The translations under genes were made by a program, and so were the position numbers. Source: Mobula birostris (lineage: Eukaryota). From it: 64,000 nt of DNA. The stretch covers positions 156,636,432 to 156,700,431 of the forward strand of contig NC_092374.1 in assembly GCF_030028105.1 (NCBI RefSeq), in the 5' to 3' direction. Below the pieces are notes generated by a model. The model was not told the origin of the DNA, searched no databases, and was given only the letters and a program-made list of their open reading frames with translations. Shown in pieces: positions 37,391-49,730 of the stretch. Each line of letters starts with the position of its first letter. The first letter of the stretch is position 1.

Positions 37391-39037
37391 TATATTTCAC
37401 CAGAGTCCCGCTGAAATGAGAATAGTTGATCTGAATCACTATCAAGATATCTATTGTGCAGATTAAGTGTGTATAATTAATAAATACTATTCACTGAAGC
37501 ATTTCCTGACTATTTCCCATACACAAGACACAAAATGAAAAGTGAGCAAAATGCTGGAGGAACTCAGTATGTCAGGCGATGTTTTGGGCTGAGACTTCTA
37601 CACAATCCTCCCTCAAAAGAGTAAGTAGTTTCTGTCAAGGGTAAATGGAGGGAGGGAAGAAACTAATGTTAACAAAGTGCCAGGTTGACATTAAAAAGTG
37701 TAATGGAATTTCATTTTGGAACTTAATAATGATATAGTTTTCAAACATGTACAAATACTGCCAGATGAGGAAACACTGCAAATAAGTAATCATCAATATC
37801 TGAAATATACCCAATATTTGTTGACAGAAATGCTTTAAAAATGGAATCTATGGTCTCTAAGGACGTATTTTCCATAATTTACCCGAGTATGTCATTTCTT
37901 CCCTCATATGGACTGAATTTACTACCCATTAAAGCAAATAGAAAAAAAATCTAGCAAATAATCAAGAGTTTTACAGGAAATGAGTTAGTAGTAGAAACAT
38001 AATCATAGCATAAAATATGCTGTACGGACCTTATTATTCATTACTTACACACTATTTAGCAAGGAAAATGTTTACGCTGATTCTAGGTAGAACATATTTT
38101 ATGAATTTCTAATGTAATTATTATTCAAGCCAATTCAAATATTTTATTTGCAACTCTTTTATTTGCATTTTTATTTATCCATGCTTAAGATGAAAGCAAG
38201 TTGTTTGAAGAAAACAGTGCATTTATTAGCAGCAAGTTTAATTCTGGTAAGTGCCAAATGTTTCATTTTAGAGAGGTGGGAGTTTCACAGTAAACTGTAG
38301 TGCCCTGGGGAGTGTTTTAGATCAAAGGGATCTTGAAATTCTGATACATGCTTCCCTGAAGTAGAGCCGCAGATTGTCCGAATGGTGAAGAAAGTTTTGA
38401 TCACGATAGCCTTTATTATCCATAAAATCCAATGTGTCAGTATTTCAGTGGACTAAAGGAAATTACAATGGCATGAGAGAGGAACTGGCTGAAGTTGACT
38501 GGAAAGGGACATTTGAAGGAAAGACAGAAGAGCAGCAATGGCTGGAGTTTCTGCGAAAAATGAGGCAAGTGCAAGACAGATATATTCCAAATAAGAAGAA
38601 GTTTTCAAAGAGAAGGACACTACCATGGCTGACAAGTGAAGTCAGAGCCAAAGTAAAAGCAAAAGAAAGGGCATACAAGGAAGCCAGAGCTAGTGGGAAG
38701 ATAGAGGATTGGGGAGCTTTTAAAAACTTGCAGGAGGAAACATTAGAAAGGAAAAGATGAATTGTGAAAGGAAGCTGACAACTAATATCAAAGAAGATAC
38801 TAAAAGCTTTTTTAAGTATATAAAGGGTAAAAGAGAGTCGAGGGTAGATGTAGGACCAATATAAAATGATGCTGGAGATACTGTGATGAGAGATGCAGAG
38901 ATGGCAGGAGAACTGAATGCATATTTTGCATCAGTCTTCACAGTGGAAGACATTCGCAGTACACCAGACATTCAAGATTGTCAGGGAAGTGAAGTTTGTG
39001 CAATGAAAATTACGACTGAGAAGGTGCTTAGGAAGCT

Positions 39038-39978
39038 TTCTCTTTCTCCCTTTCTCTTCACCATTTACACCTCGGACTTCAACTACTGCACGGAGTCTTG
39101 TCATCTTCAGAAGTTTTCTGATGGCTCTGTCATAGTTGGATGCATCAGCAAGAGAGATGAGGCTGAGTACAGGGCTACGGTAGGAAACTTTGTCACATGG
39201 TGTGAGCAGAATTATCTGCAGCTTAATGTGAAAAAGACTAGGAGCTGGTGGTCTCCTTAGACCTGAGGAGAGCTAAGGTACCGGTGACCCCTGTTTCCAT
39301 CCAGGGGGTCAGTGTGGACATGGTGGAGGATTACAAATACCTGGGGATATGAATCGGCAATAAACTGGACTGGTCAAAGAAAACTGAGGCTGTCTACAAG
39401 AAGGATCAGAGCCGTCTCTATTTCCTGAGGAGACTGAGGTCCTTTAACATCTGCCGTATGATGCTGAGGATGTTCTACGAGTCTGTGGTGGCCAGTGCTA
39501 CCATGTTTGCTGTTGTGTGCTGGGGCAGCAGGCTGAGGGTGGCAGACACCAACAGAATCAACAAACTCATTCGTAAGGCCAGTGATGTTGTGGGGATGGA
39601 TCTGGACTCTCTCATGGTGGTGTCTGAAAAGAGGATGCTGTCTAAGTTGCATGCCATCTTGGTCATTGTCTCCCATCCACTACATAATGTACTGGGTGGG
39701 CACAGGAGTACATTCAACCAGCGAATCATTCCACCGAGATGCAGCACAGAGCGTCATAGGAAGTCATTCCTGCCTGTGGCCATCAAACTTTACAACTCTT
39801 CCCTTGGAGGGTCAGACATCCTGAGCCAACAGGCTGGTCCTGGACTTATTTCATAATCTACTGGCATAATTTACATATTACTATTTAACTATTTATGGTT
39901 CTATTACTATTTATTATTTATGGAGCAACTGTAACAAAAATCGATTTCCCCCGGGATTAATAAAGTATGACTATGACT
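39038..39978 (+). mobile_element. Rex1/Babar-clade LINE, 5'-truncated, nested in CR1
   Basis: LSPFLFTIYTSDF...KFSD, MFYESVVASA; tail AATAAAGTATGACTATGAC. Same family as 56954-57833. Confidence 0.9.
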
Positions 39979-41309
39979 TAATGGTCTGAGGGTGGATAAA
40001 TCTCCTGGACCTGATGGAATTCACCCTCTGGTTCTGAAGGAAGTAGCTGGAGAGATTGCGGAGGCATTAATGATGATCTTTCAAGAATCGATAGATTCTG
40101 GCGTTGTACCAGATGACTGGAAAATTGCAAATGTTACTCCACTATTTAAGAAGGGTGGGAGGCAGCAGAAAGGAAACTATAGACCTGTTAGCCTGACATC
40201 AATGGTTGGGAAGTTGTTGGAGTCAATTGTTAGGGATGAGATTACGGAGTACCTGGAGGCACATGACAATGTAGGCCAAAGCCAGCATGGCTTCCTGAAA
40301 GGAAATTCCTACCTGACAAACCTACCGCAATTCTTTGAGTAAATTACAAGTAGGGTAGACAAAGAGAAGCAGTAGACATGGTGTACTTGGATTTTCAGAA
40401 GGCCTTTGACAAGGTGCCGCACATGAGGCTGCTTAGCAAGATAGGAGCCCATGGAATTACAGGGAAGTTTCTAGCACAGGTGGAGCATTGGCTGGTCAGA
40501 AGAAAACAGAGAGTGGGAATAAAGGGATCGTATTCTGGCTGGCTGCCAGTTACCAGTGAAGTTCCACAGGGGTCGATGTTGGGGCCACTGCTTTTTACAA
40601 CGTATATCAATGACTTGGACTATGGTATTAATGGATTTGTGGCTAAATTTGCTGATGATATAAAGATAGGTGGAGGAACGGGTAGTTTTGAGGATACATA
40701 GAGCCTGCAGAGAGACCTAGATAGTTTAGGAGAATGGGCAAAGAAGTGGCAAATGAAATACAATGTTGGATAGTGTATGGTCATGCACTTTGCTGGAAGA
40801 AATAAATAGGTAGACTATTATTTATATGGGGTCAGAATTCAAAATACAGAGATGCAAAGGGACTTGGGAGTCATTGTGCAGGGTACCCTAAAGGTTAACC
40901 TCCAGGTTGAGTCGGTTATGAAGAAGGCGAAAGCAATGTTGGCATTCATTTCTCGGGGTATAGAATATAAGAGCAGGGATGTGATGTTGAGGCTCTACAA
41001 GGCACTCATGAGACCACACTTGTAGTATTGTGTGTAGTTTTGGGCTCCTTATTTTAGAAAGGATATACTGACATTGGAGAGGGTTCAGAGAAGATTCCAG
41101 GGATGAAAGGGTTACTGTATGAGGAATGTCTGGCAGCTCTTGGGCTGTATTCCCTGCAGTTCAGGAGAATGAGGGGGGATCTCAAAGAAACATTCCAAAC
41201 GTTAAAAGGCCTGAACAGATTAGATATGGCAAAGTTATTTTCCATGGTAGGGGATTCTAGGACAAAGAGGGCACAATTTCTGGATTGAAGGACATCCTTT
41301 TAGAACTGA

Positions 41310-41539
41310 CACTCACAACACTCTGGAGAAACTCAGCAGGTCGGGCAGCATCTGGGGAAAAGATCGGTTGACATTTCAGGCCGGAACCCTTCGTCAGGAC
41401 TCTTTGTGGGTCCTGACGAAGGGTTCCGGCCCAAAACATCGACCGATCTTTTCCACGGATGCTGCTCGATCTGCTGAGTTCCTCCAGCGTGTTGTGAGTG
41501 TTGCTTTGACCCCAGCATCTGCAGATTATTTTGTGATTA
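41310..41539. mobile_element. Palindromic (inverted) Penelope pLTR pair with two hammerhead cores
   Basis: Inverted arms around ~41400-41410, each containing CTGACGAAGGGTTCCGGCC; 13-bp TSD CTTTTAGAACTGA (41297-41309, 41540-41552). Confidence 0.88.
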
Positions 41540-43169
41540 CTTTTAGAACTGAGATGTGGAGAAATAACTTTAGTCAGAGGGTGGTAAATCTGTGGAATTT
41601 GTTGCCATGAGCGGCTGTGAAGGCCAAGTCATTGGGTGTATTTAAGGCAGAGATAGATAGGTTCTTGATTAGCCATGGTATCAAGGGGTATGGGGTGAAA
41701 GCAGGGGAGTGGAGATGACTGGAAGAATTGGATCAGCCCATGACTGAATGGTGGAGCAGACTTGATGGGCCGAATGGCCTACTTCTGCTCCTATATCTTA
41801 TGGTCTTATGGTTTTATCAGTGCATTAAGTATGGAAGTTGGGAGGTTATGTTGCAATAATATAGGACCCTAGTGAGGCCAGACTTGGAGTATTGTGTTCA
41901 TTGTGGTCACTCTGCAATAGGAAAGATATTATTAAACTGAAAAGAGAGCAGAAGAGATTTACAGTGTGCCTTCAGGACTCAAGAGACTGAGTTATAGGGA
42001 GAGGTTGGTACTTTTCTCATTGGAAAGTAGAAGACTGAGTGGTGATCACTCTGAGGTATATAAAATCACAAGAGCATAAATAGAATGAACAGTTTTTCCC
42101 CCAGAGATGGGGTATCAAAACTAGAGAACATAGATTTTGGGTGACAAGGGAAAGATTTAACAGGAACTTAAGGGACAACTTTTTACATAGATGGTGACAT
42201 ATACTGTATATTGAGTGAGCTGCTGGAGTAAATGGTTGAGTAAGGAACAAAAACAACTTTGAAATGACATTTGGACAGGTACGTAGATAGGAAAGGTTTA
42301 GAAGATATGGGCCAATCATGGGCAACTGGGACTCGCTTGGGCAAAAGGGTCTATTTCCCTGTTGTATGACTCAATGAGATAAGTATTGGGTGTTCAAAGT
42401 TGTCAAAGCTCTCTACCATACGAGATTTCCAAAATGTACTGTCAATAAGTCCACATAATGGACTCATTTGCAATGATTGTTTACAAGTGGTACTATAGGG
42501 ATGTGCCGGCTTGTTGGCTCCATTATTCTAAGACTCGTGAGAGCAGGGAAACTTGTACTGGCATAAGTGGATATCTTGGTCAGCATGGAGAAGTTGGGCC
42601 GAAGGGTCTGTCTGCCTATTATATTACTCAATGACTCCATGATGTTGATGGCCAGAGATCAACCCACCATTTCACCTGCCACAGCAACCCCTCCACAACT
42701 CCAATTACACTCCAGTTCCCACCCCTTTGAGGTACCTAGGACCAATACCACTCAGGCAAGAGTCCTAACTACACTCATCAGCTGCCTATGAAAGTGCAGT
42801 AGATCTCAATTTACTAAAATGAGTAGTGAGACCCAGTTTTAGGTGAGCTCAGGGCCAAGAGCTCCAGCATTGCCTGAGACTTTGTACCTACCTATACTGG
42901 GACCAAATACAGGTTAGAATAAACTCTGACTCACTGCTTTGAAAGCACATAGTAATGCACAGGTCAGAAATAAATCAGAGTATGTTGGAAATAGCATCCA
43001 TAAAGAGTGAAAAAGAATTCACGCATCAGCTCAATTAATCAATGCCCTTCTGATGAAAGACATGGGCATTACTTCTTTTATCTTGGATGTTAGCTTGCTA
43101 AGTATATCCAACACTTTCTGCTTTGGTCCAGAATTTCGTCAGCTGCAGAATTTTGCTTTTTGGTTAAAA

Positions 43170-43360
43170 GGAGCAAGGTTGGATCTTCAGGAAGAATTCT
43201 ACATAGCTCAAGACAGTAGGGACTTCTGAGATATATTGTTCACCAGGCTGTAGTGGGCTGGAATGTCCATTCATATTTTCACAGACAAAATCGTTCACAA
43301 GCGGAGCTCTTCCAGTTACCAAGAAAGAAGAGAACCTACAAAGCTCCTCAATATGCAAAA
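43170..43360 (-). pseudogene. PKD1-like exon relic: C-type lectin C-terminus
   Basis: EELC...[frameshift]GNWKSSACE (43294-43320)...[frameshift]FVCE (43278-43289)...PLQPGEQYISEVP, parallel to PKD1 EHC...C...YVCE...PVQDAENLLVGAP. Confidence 0.65.
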
Positions 43361-43777
43361 CAAATTGTATCATGGCTATAATCAAGCTCCCACTACAGTA
43401 TAACCAGATTAAGCTAGGTGGTCAGGAAGGTGACATCCATCATCAGGGACCCCACCAACGAAGGCCATGTCCTCTCCTTCAAGCTGCCATCAGGCAGGAG
43501 GCTGACAACTGACATCTCAAGGTTCAATAACAGCTTTTTTTTTCACTTCCATCAGATTTTCAACTGACCTGAAAAACATAACACCACCTCAGACCATTTT
43601 TTGCTTTCCTTCTCAATCTAGTAATGTAACTAGTAATGTTACATTTGTTTTGTTGTTTATTTTTGCACACATGTAGGTTATATATGATTTATATTAACTT
43701 AAGCTGATGTTTTTCCTCGACTAGTCACATACTGTGCTACTGCAAAAAGTTAATTTACATGGCTTTTATACCCTATT

Positions 43778-44001
43778 TGTCCCACGTGGTAGCGCAATAA
43801 TATCAGCGCTGGACTCCAGAGCAAAGGTTCCCAGTGCGAATCCAAGTCGGGTTGAGCGTCGAGCTAGCAACTCGGCCTCGTAAAAACAAGAATAGCTTGC
43901 TATGGAAACACCGTCAAAAGGCGGTGCCCCGATAACTCCACTGCTGAGTTAAGGGTTCTTCTTCTTCTTCTTCTTCTTCTTCTTCTTCTTCTTCTTCTTC
44001 T
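43778..44001 (+). mobile_element. tRNA-derived SINE with (CTT)n tail
   Basis: tRNA-like head, GAGCTAGCAACTCGGCCTCGTAAAA body and a (TTC)n run at ~43956-44001. Confidence 0.7.
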
Positions 44002-45043
44002 TTCCTACTTATGCATGCCTATGACAACTGTAAATTTAAACTTGAAATAATTCCATTCCTTTAAATCATGTTTTGTGTAACAGGTTTATTTCAGTATCAG
44101 AAAGTAATTTTTTATGATGTGCTAAAACCGTGTAGCCAGAAATTACTTCTGGAAGAAGTGCTTATCATGTGATTTACACTGCCTTTTATTATGATAGAGG
44201 GCGTTACCCATTTCTTTCAACGTTTGACATAATTGCAAAAAGAAGATGACATAAATGCTTCCTATTTTTTCTTAAGTGTTCAATAGTGGCTATTTCTAGT
44301 TTTTAGGTTTTAACAGTAGATTTTTCTAGATTTTAGCTTTCAAGCAAAATGCACAGCAGATTAAGTGATGCCTAAAAGACAAAGGGAAAGTAAATGAATA
44401 TTTGGTTGAGACTTATGTCAAGATTTTCTTTTGTGACTTGCACTCATCACTCCTACAACAATAAAGAATGTAACTTTAATTAGTTGTAACGAGATAACTT
44501 CAATTCACATTGTTCCATATGCTTTTAATATGCATTTTTAAGTTAAAATTGTTTGTGAATGGATGTGGGAAGTACATCCATAGGGGCTGGAAATGGTTTC
44601 AGTTTCTTGATGAGTGTTATGCTTTGGAGGTTTCTCAGGCATTTCCTGAAGACGTATCAAAAAACAATAGATGGAGCCTGAGGGCTGGGAGAAGAGAACG
44701 TAATTAGATGGACATAATGTAACTGGAAAAGAAAAAGGGTGGCAACAATTGGGAAAGGATAGGTGAGCAGAAAGCAAAAGAGGGAAAGGCCGGTGATTCC
44801 AAAAGGGAAGTGGGTGGGGAGAGAGAAAAGAGCTGTGATCAGAGGGAGAAGGTCCAGCATTCAGAGGTGGAAAAAAGGCTGTGATTGGATAGAAAAAGTG
44901 AGGAAGACACAGGAAAAGGGCAATGATTGGCAAAGGAAAGAAAGGCAGAAATATAGTCTGATACAGCTATTCAAATGTGCAGGGACTTAAGGAGCCGCAG
45001 GGAGTAGTGGACTCTGCCCAATACATTGTAAGCACTTCCTTCA

Positions 45044-45496
45044 CGACCAGCGGTAGTAACTGCAGGAGGTAGCGCTCGACCAGCGGTAGCACCTGCAGGA
45101 GGTAGCGCTCGACCAGCGGTAGCACCTGCAGGAGGTAGCGCTCGACCAGCGGTAGCACCTGCAGGAGGTAGCGCTCGACCAGCGGTAGCACCTGCAGGAG
45201 GTAGCGCTCGACCAGCGGTAGCACCTGCAGGAGGTAGCGCTCGACCAGCGGTAGCACCTGCAGGAGGTAGCGCTCGACCAGCGGTAGCACCTGCAGGAGG
45301 TAGCGCGCGACCAGCGGTAGCACCTGCAGGAGGTAGCGCGCGACCAGCGGTAGCACCTGCAGGAGGTAGCGGGCGACCAGCGGTAGCACCTGCAGGAGGT
45401 AGCGCTCGACCAGCGGTAGCACCTGCAGGAGGTAGCGCTCGACCAGCGGTAGCACCTGCAGGAGGTAGCGCTCGACCAGCGGTAGCACCTGCAGGA
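45044..45496. repeat. 33-bp minisatellite (~13.7 copies) inside a Rex-type LINE 3' relic
   Basis: Unit CGACCAGCGGTAGCACCTGCAGGAGGTAGCGCT; the flanks (44985-45043, 45497-45640) are contiguous LINE ORF2 end. Confidence 0.95.
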
Positions 45497-46099
45497 ACTC
45501 TGCCTCAAATGGACAACATCCATCACCAAAGGTCCCCACCATCCAAGCCATGTCATCTTTTCAGGGCTATCACCAGGCAGGAAGTACTGAAGCCTGAAGT
45601 CCCACATCACCAGCTATCCTTTAACCATTTCCTTCTTCAACCAATGGACAGGACCCTAATCTCTAGAGTTTAGCAACACAAGAACCACTTTAACCACTTT
45701 GCTCTCTAATGGACTTACTTTTCTTTCATTCTAGTTTTGTTCTTTCTTGTAAAAACTGTGTATAATTTATGTTTCTCTTGTTACTGCTGCTTATATGATA
45801 TTACTGTATGTGCCTGTGATGATGTAAATAAATTTTCCTTTGCAACTGTGCTTACTTTTACTTGCGTATGTAACAATAAATCCAACTTTAATGTTTTCAT
45901 ATTTCCTTAAATAATCCTTTGATCATCAGTCCTAATATATGCTTAACTCTGCAGTAATATTCTGGTGAGGTGCCTAGTTAGACAACTTCCATGTGTTGAA
46001 GGTGCTATATAAATACAAAGTTGTTGTTGTGATACTTTTCATGTAAGATCATTCTGACTACATTTAATATGCATCTGAAAAAGAGACATATTCACACCA

Positions 46100-46330
46100 A
46101 ATGAGATTTTCTAATCTTGGAAAATAAAGTAGTCTTGGTTTGCCAGGCAAATGTAAAATTTGCATTTCATTCACTCTATTCAAATCACCAAGCCAGTTTG
46201 ATGTAAGATTCTGTCTGACTGAATGGGTTGGATCGCATCTGTGAGAAGCCACACCTCATGTTTAGTTTCTGTGAGCTGCAGATGATCGCATTAATGTTTT
46301 GCAACTGCACAGCTCACTGTTTCTTGCGCG
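46100..46330 (-). pseudogene. Possible PKD1-like relic: C-type lectin middle
   Basis: TKHEVWL... and LTSNWLG in different frames, parallel to DVWIG...QNWLPG; position fits the domain order. Confidence 0.35.
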
Positions 46331-47244
46331 CTGTGAAGATGCAATAAGTCACTACATGGCGGACGGTACACCACCCTGGATTTGACCTGGAGACTACCCT
46401 AACGACCTAAAGATTCAAAGATTTTCCACCTATTTCTAAATTACTCTGATCAGTGACATCCAGAAAGAGTTGAAAAATATGCAAATAATCAGAAAACCTA
46501 CTCGTCTGGCACTACTAATGCCCCAGGATTGGCAGATTACTGTATACTGGGATCTTGATGCGGCTCCTAGCAACTCCGTTGCAATGACACAGCACCACTG
46601 CACACAGAACAACCCCTTACAAAACAGCAGCAGCAGTGAATTAATGGGTCAAATTTTACTGACACACACCTAGTGCCTATACATATATAGCACCTGGGGT
46701 CTCAGGTCCTCAAATTTAACGAGCAGATTCCAAAAGCCAATCTCTCTTGTTCAACTAACTATTATATATGAAGTATTTTTTAAAAAAACATTAAAAATCA
46801 ACAACTCACCCAGATAATTAAAAAGCCTAAATAGACCCATGCAAACTAAGCAGTAGCATGACCAGTTGTACCTTCCCCAGCTCGACAATCCTATTGAAAC
46901 AGAATAACTTGTAGATCCCGTAACAGAAAGCATTTGGGAAGTAAACAGCAGAGCTTGGCTAATCAACTTGGGACCTCTCTGTTCAAACAGTAGTTCTGAA
47001 ACTCAGCACCGCTTAGAATAAGGCTGGCAACTGATAACTGGTAATAGGTTTATTATTGTCACATGCACCAAAGATACGGTAAAAATATACTGTTTTGCAT
47101 GTCATCTTTACAGATCATTTCAAAACATCAAGGTAGTGCAAAAGGAAATACAGAATCTTGTGTTATGGTTACAGACAAAGAGCAGTGCAGATACAAGGGC
47201 CATGATGAAAAACAGAGTGAAATGAAGAGTTCAAAAATCTTCTA

Positions 47245-47570
47245 ACAGTGGGACAGAAGCTGTCCTTCAGCCAGATGGTGTGTGTTTTCAAGTTTTGTAT
47301 CTTCTTCCCAAAGGAAGAGGGAATGACTGGGGTGGGAAGGGTCTTTGATTGTGTTGGCTGCTTTCACAAGACCACAGGAGGTGTAAACAGAGTCCATGAA
47401 GGGAAGTCTATGAACGGACCGAGCTGTGTCCACAAATCTCTGCAATTTCTTGCGATCTTGGGTAGATTACCATACTAAACTGTGATGCATCCACATCGAA
47501 TGCTTTTCTGTGGTGTACTCTAAAATTTGGGGAGGGTCAATAGGAACATGCCAAATTCCCTTCGCCATCT
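47245..47570 (-). mobile_element. Rex-type LINE 3' relic
   Basis: QRFVDTARS...KAANTIKDPSHPSHSLF. Confidence 0.7.
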
Positions 47571-47579
47571 TGCCAGGCT

Positions 47580-48630
47580 AGTCTGGAAGGTTAGATAGAA
47601 TGTGATCCAGGGAATATAGTGGATTGGATTGTTAATTGTCTCAGTGATAGGAAGCAAAGAGTGAAGCACATGGGTGGCTTCTCAGACTGCAGGCCTGTGT
47701 TTAGTGGTGTGCCACAGGGGTCGGTGCTGGGATCTTTGTTGTTTGTAATTTATATCAGTGATTAGATGTGAACGTACAAGGCATGGTAAGTAAGTTCGTG
47801 GATGATGCTAAAATATGTGCTGTTGATAGCATAGAAGGTTATGAAAAATTAGAGGGGCATCTTGATCAGCTAGATATGTGGGCCTAGGACTGGCAATGAG
47901 CTTTCAATCCAGATCAGTGTGAGATATTTTATTCTGGGAGGCAAGAATATAACTTACACAGTGAATGGCAGGGCCCGGGAATGTTATGGAACTGAGCAAG
48001 CTAGGAGTGCAAGTGCACAGCTCACCAAAAGCACCATCACACGTAGACCGAACAGTGAAGGAGGCTTGTGGCACATTGGCTTTCATCAGTCAGGGCACAG
48101 AGTATAGGAGTTGGGAAGTTATGTTGCAATTGCATCAGACGTTGTTGAGGCTGTACTTGGAGTATTGTGGACAGTTTTGTTCACTCTGTTTTTCAGTAGG
48201 AAAGAGGTTATTAAACTAGAAAGAGAGCATAAAAAGATTTTCCAAGATGTTGCCTGGTTGTGGGAGCCTGAGTTACAAGGAGAGATGTCAAGGAACGTAG
48301 GAGAGTGAGGGTTAACCTGATAAAGGTATATAAGATCATGGAGGACATAGACAGGGCAAAGCACAGTCTTTACCCCAGGGAGGGGGTACTAAAATCAAGA
48401 GGGTTTAAACTCAGGGGAATTTTAAAAGGATATCAATGGGGATTACATATTTGGAGTGAGCAGCCAAAAATTGTGGTTTAGCCAAGCACATTAGCAACAT
48501 TTAAAACCTGTCTGGATAGGTACAAAGAGATTAGAGGGTTATGGACCAAATGTGGTCAGATAGGGCTAGCTTGCTGGGAACACAGTCAGCATGAATTATT
48601 TGGGCCGAAGGGCCTGTTAGCTATGACTTT
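47580..48630 (+). mobile_element. Degenerate CR1 LINE RT/3' end
   Basis: GGTGTGCCACAGGGGTCGGTGCTGGG (GVPQGSVLG), KFVDD, LYLEYCGQF. Confidence 0.85.
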
Positions 48631-48699
48631 ATGACATCTGAGGAAGTAGAGGCGCTAGTGTGCTTTCTTGGCCATAGTCTCCACATGGTTGGACCAGAA

Positions 48700-49730
48700 C
48701 ATGTTAAAGGTGAAGCAGCCTCATGTGTGGCACCTTGTCAAAGGCCTTCTGAAAATCCAAATACACAACATCAACCAATTCTCCTTTGTCTAGCCTGCTT
48801 GTTATTTCTTCAAAGAATTCCAACAGATTTGTCAGGCAAGATTTTCCCTTGAGGAAACATGCTCACTACAGCTTACTTTGTTATGTGCCTCAAGTACCCC
48901 AAAAACACATCTTTAACAATCAACTCCAACTTCTTCCCAACCACTGAGGTCAGACTAACTAGCCTATAAATTCCTATCTTCTTTTTCTCTTCCATCTTGA
49001 AGAGTGGAGTGACATTTGCAATTTTCCAGTCTTCCAGAACATAGAACATAGACTAGTACAGCACATTACAGGCCCTTCGGCCCACAATGTTGTGCCGACC
49101 CTCAAACCCTGCCTCCCATATAACCCCCCCCACCTTAAATTCTTCCATATACCTGTCCAATCCAGAATGTAATGATTCTTGAAAGATCATTACTAATGCC
49201 TCCACTATTTCTTCAGCCACCTCTTTCAGAACCATGGGGTGTACACCATCTGGTCCAAGTGACTTATCTACCTTTCAGTTTCCCAAGAACCTTCCCTCTA
49301 GTAATGGTAACTTCACGCACTTCATGAGCCATGACACCTGGAACTTCTACCACACTGCTAATGTTTTCCACAGTGAGGACTGATGCAAAATATTTACTCA
49401 GTTCATCCACCATTTCCTTGTCCCCCATTATTACCTCTCCAGCATCATTTTCTGATGGTCTGATATCCACTCTTGCCTCTCTTTTACATTTTATGTATCT
49501 GAAAAAACTTTTGGTATCCTCTTTAATATTATTGGCTCGCTTACTTCCATATTCCATCTTTACCTTTTTAATGATTTTTTGAGTTGCTATCTGTTGGTAT
49601 TTAAAAGCTTCCCAATTTCCCAGCTTCCCGCTACTTTTTGCTCCATTATATGCCTTCTCTTTGGGCTCTTGTTGGCTTTGGCTTCCCTTGTTAACCATAG
49701 TTGTGTTATCTTACCTTTAGAATACTTCTT
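48700..49730 (-). mobile_element. CR1 ORF2 internal fragment with a short CR1 3'-end insertion at ~49040-49160
   Basis: KEDTKSFFRYIK...YFASVLT, VLKEVAEEIVEAL; AGAACATAGAACATAG tail inside. Confidence 0.85.

Larger units (their letters stand above)
38420..41812 (+). mobile_element. CR1 LINE ORF2 (disrupted) with nested insertions
   Basis: KSPGPDGIHP, NYRPVSLTS, VYLDFQKAFDKVPH, VPQGSMLGP, KFADD; 3' UTR ending (TCTTATGG)n. It is itself inserted in an older CR1 (~38280-38420 and 41815-42370). Confidence 0.92.

Noticed and set aside
44967-45610. ORFs with [11 protein letters not shown] or CRCYRW repeats; possible CTCF-site array
   Set aside because: Translation of a 33-bp minisatellite. CCTGCAGGAGGTAG deviates from the CTCF core at three informative positions.
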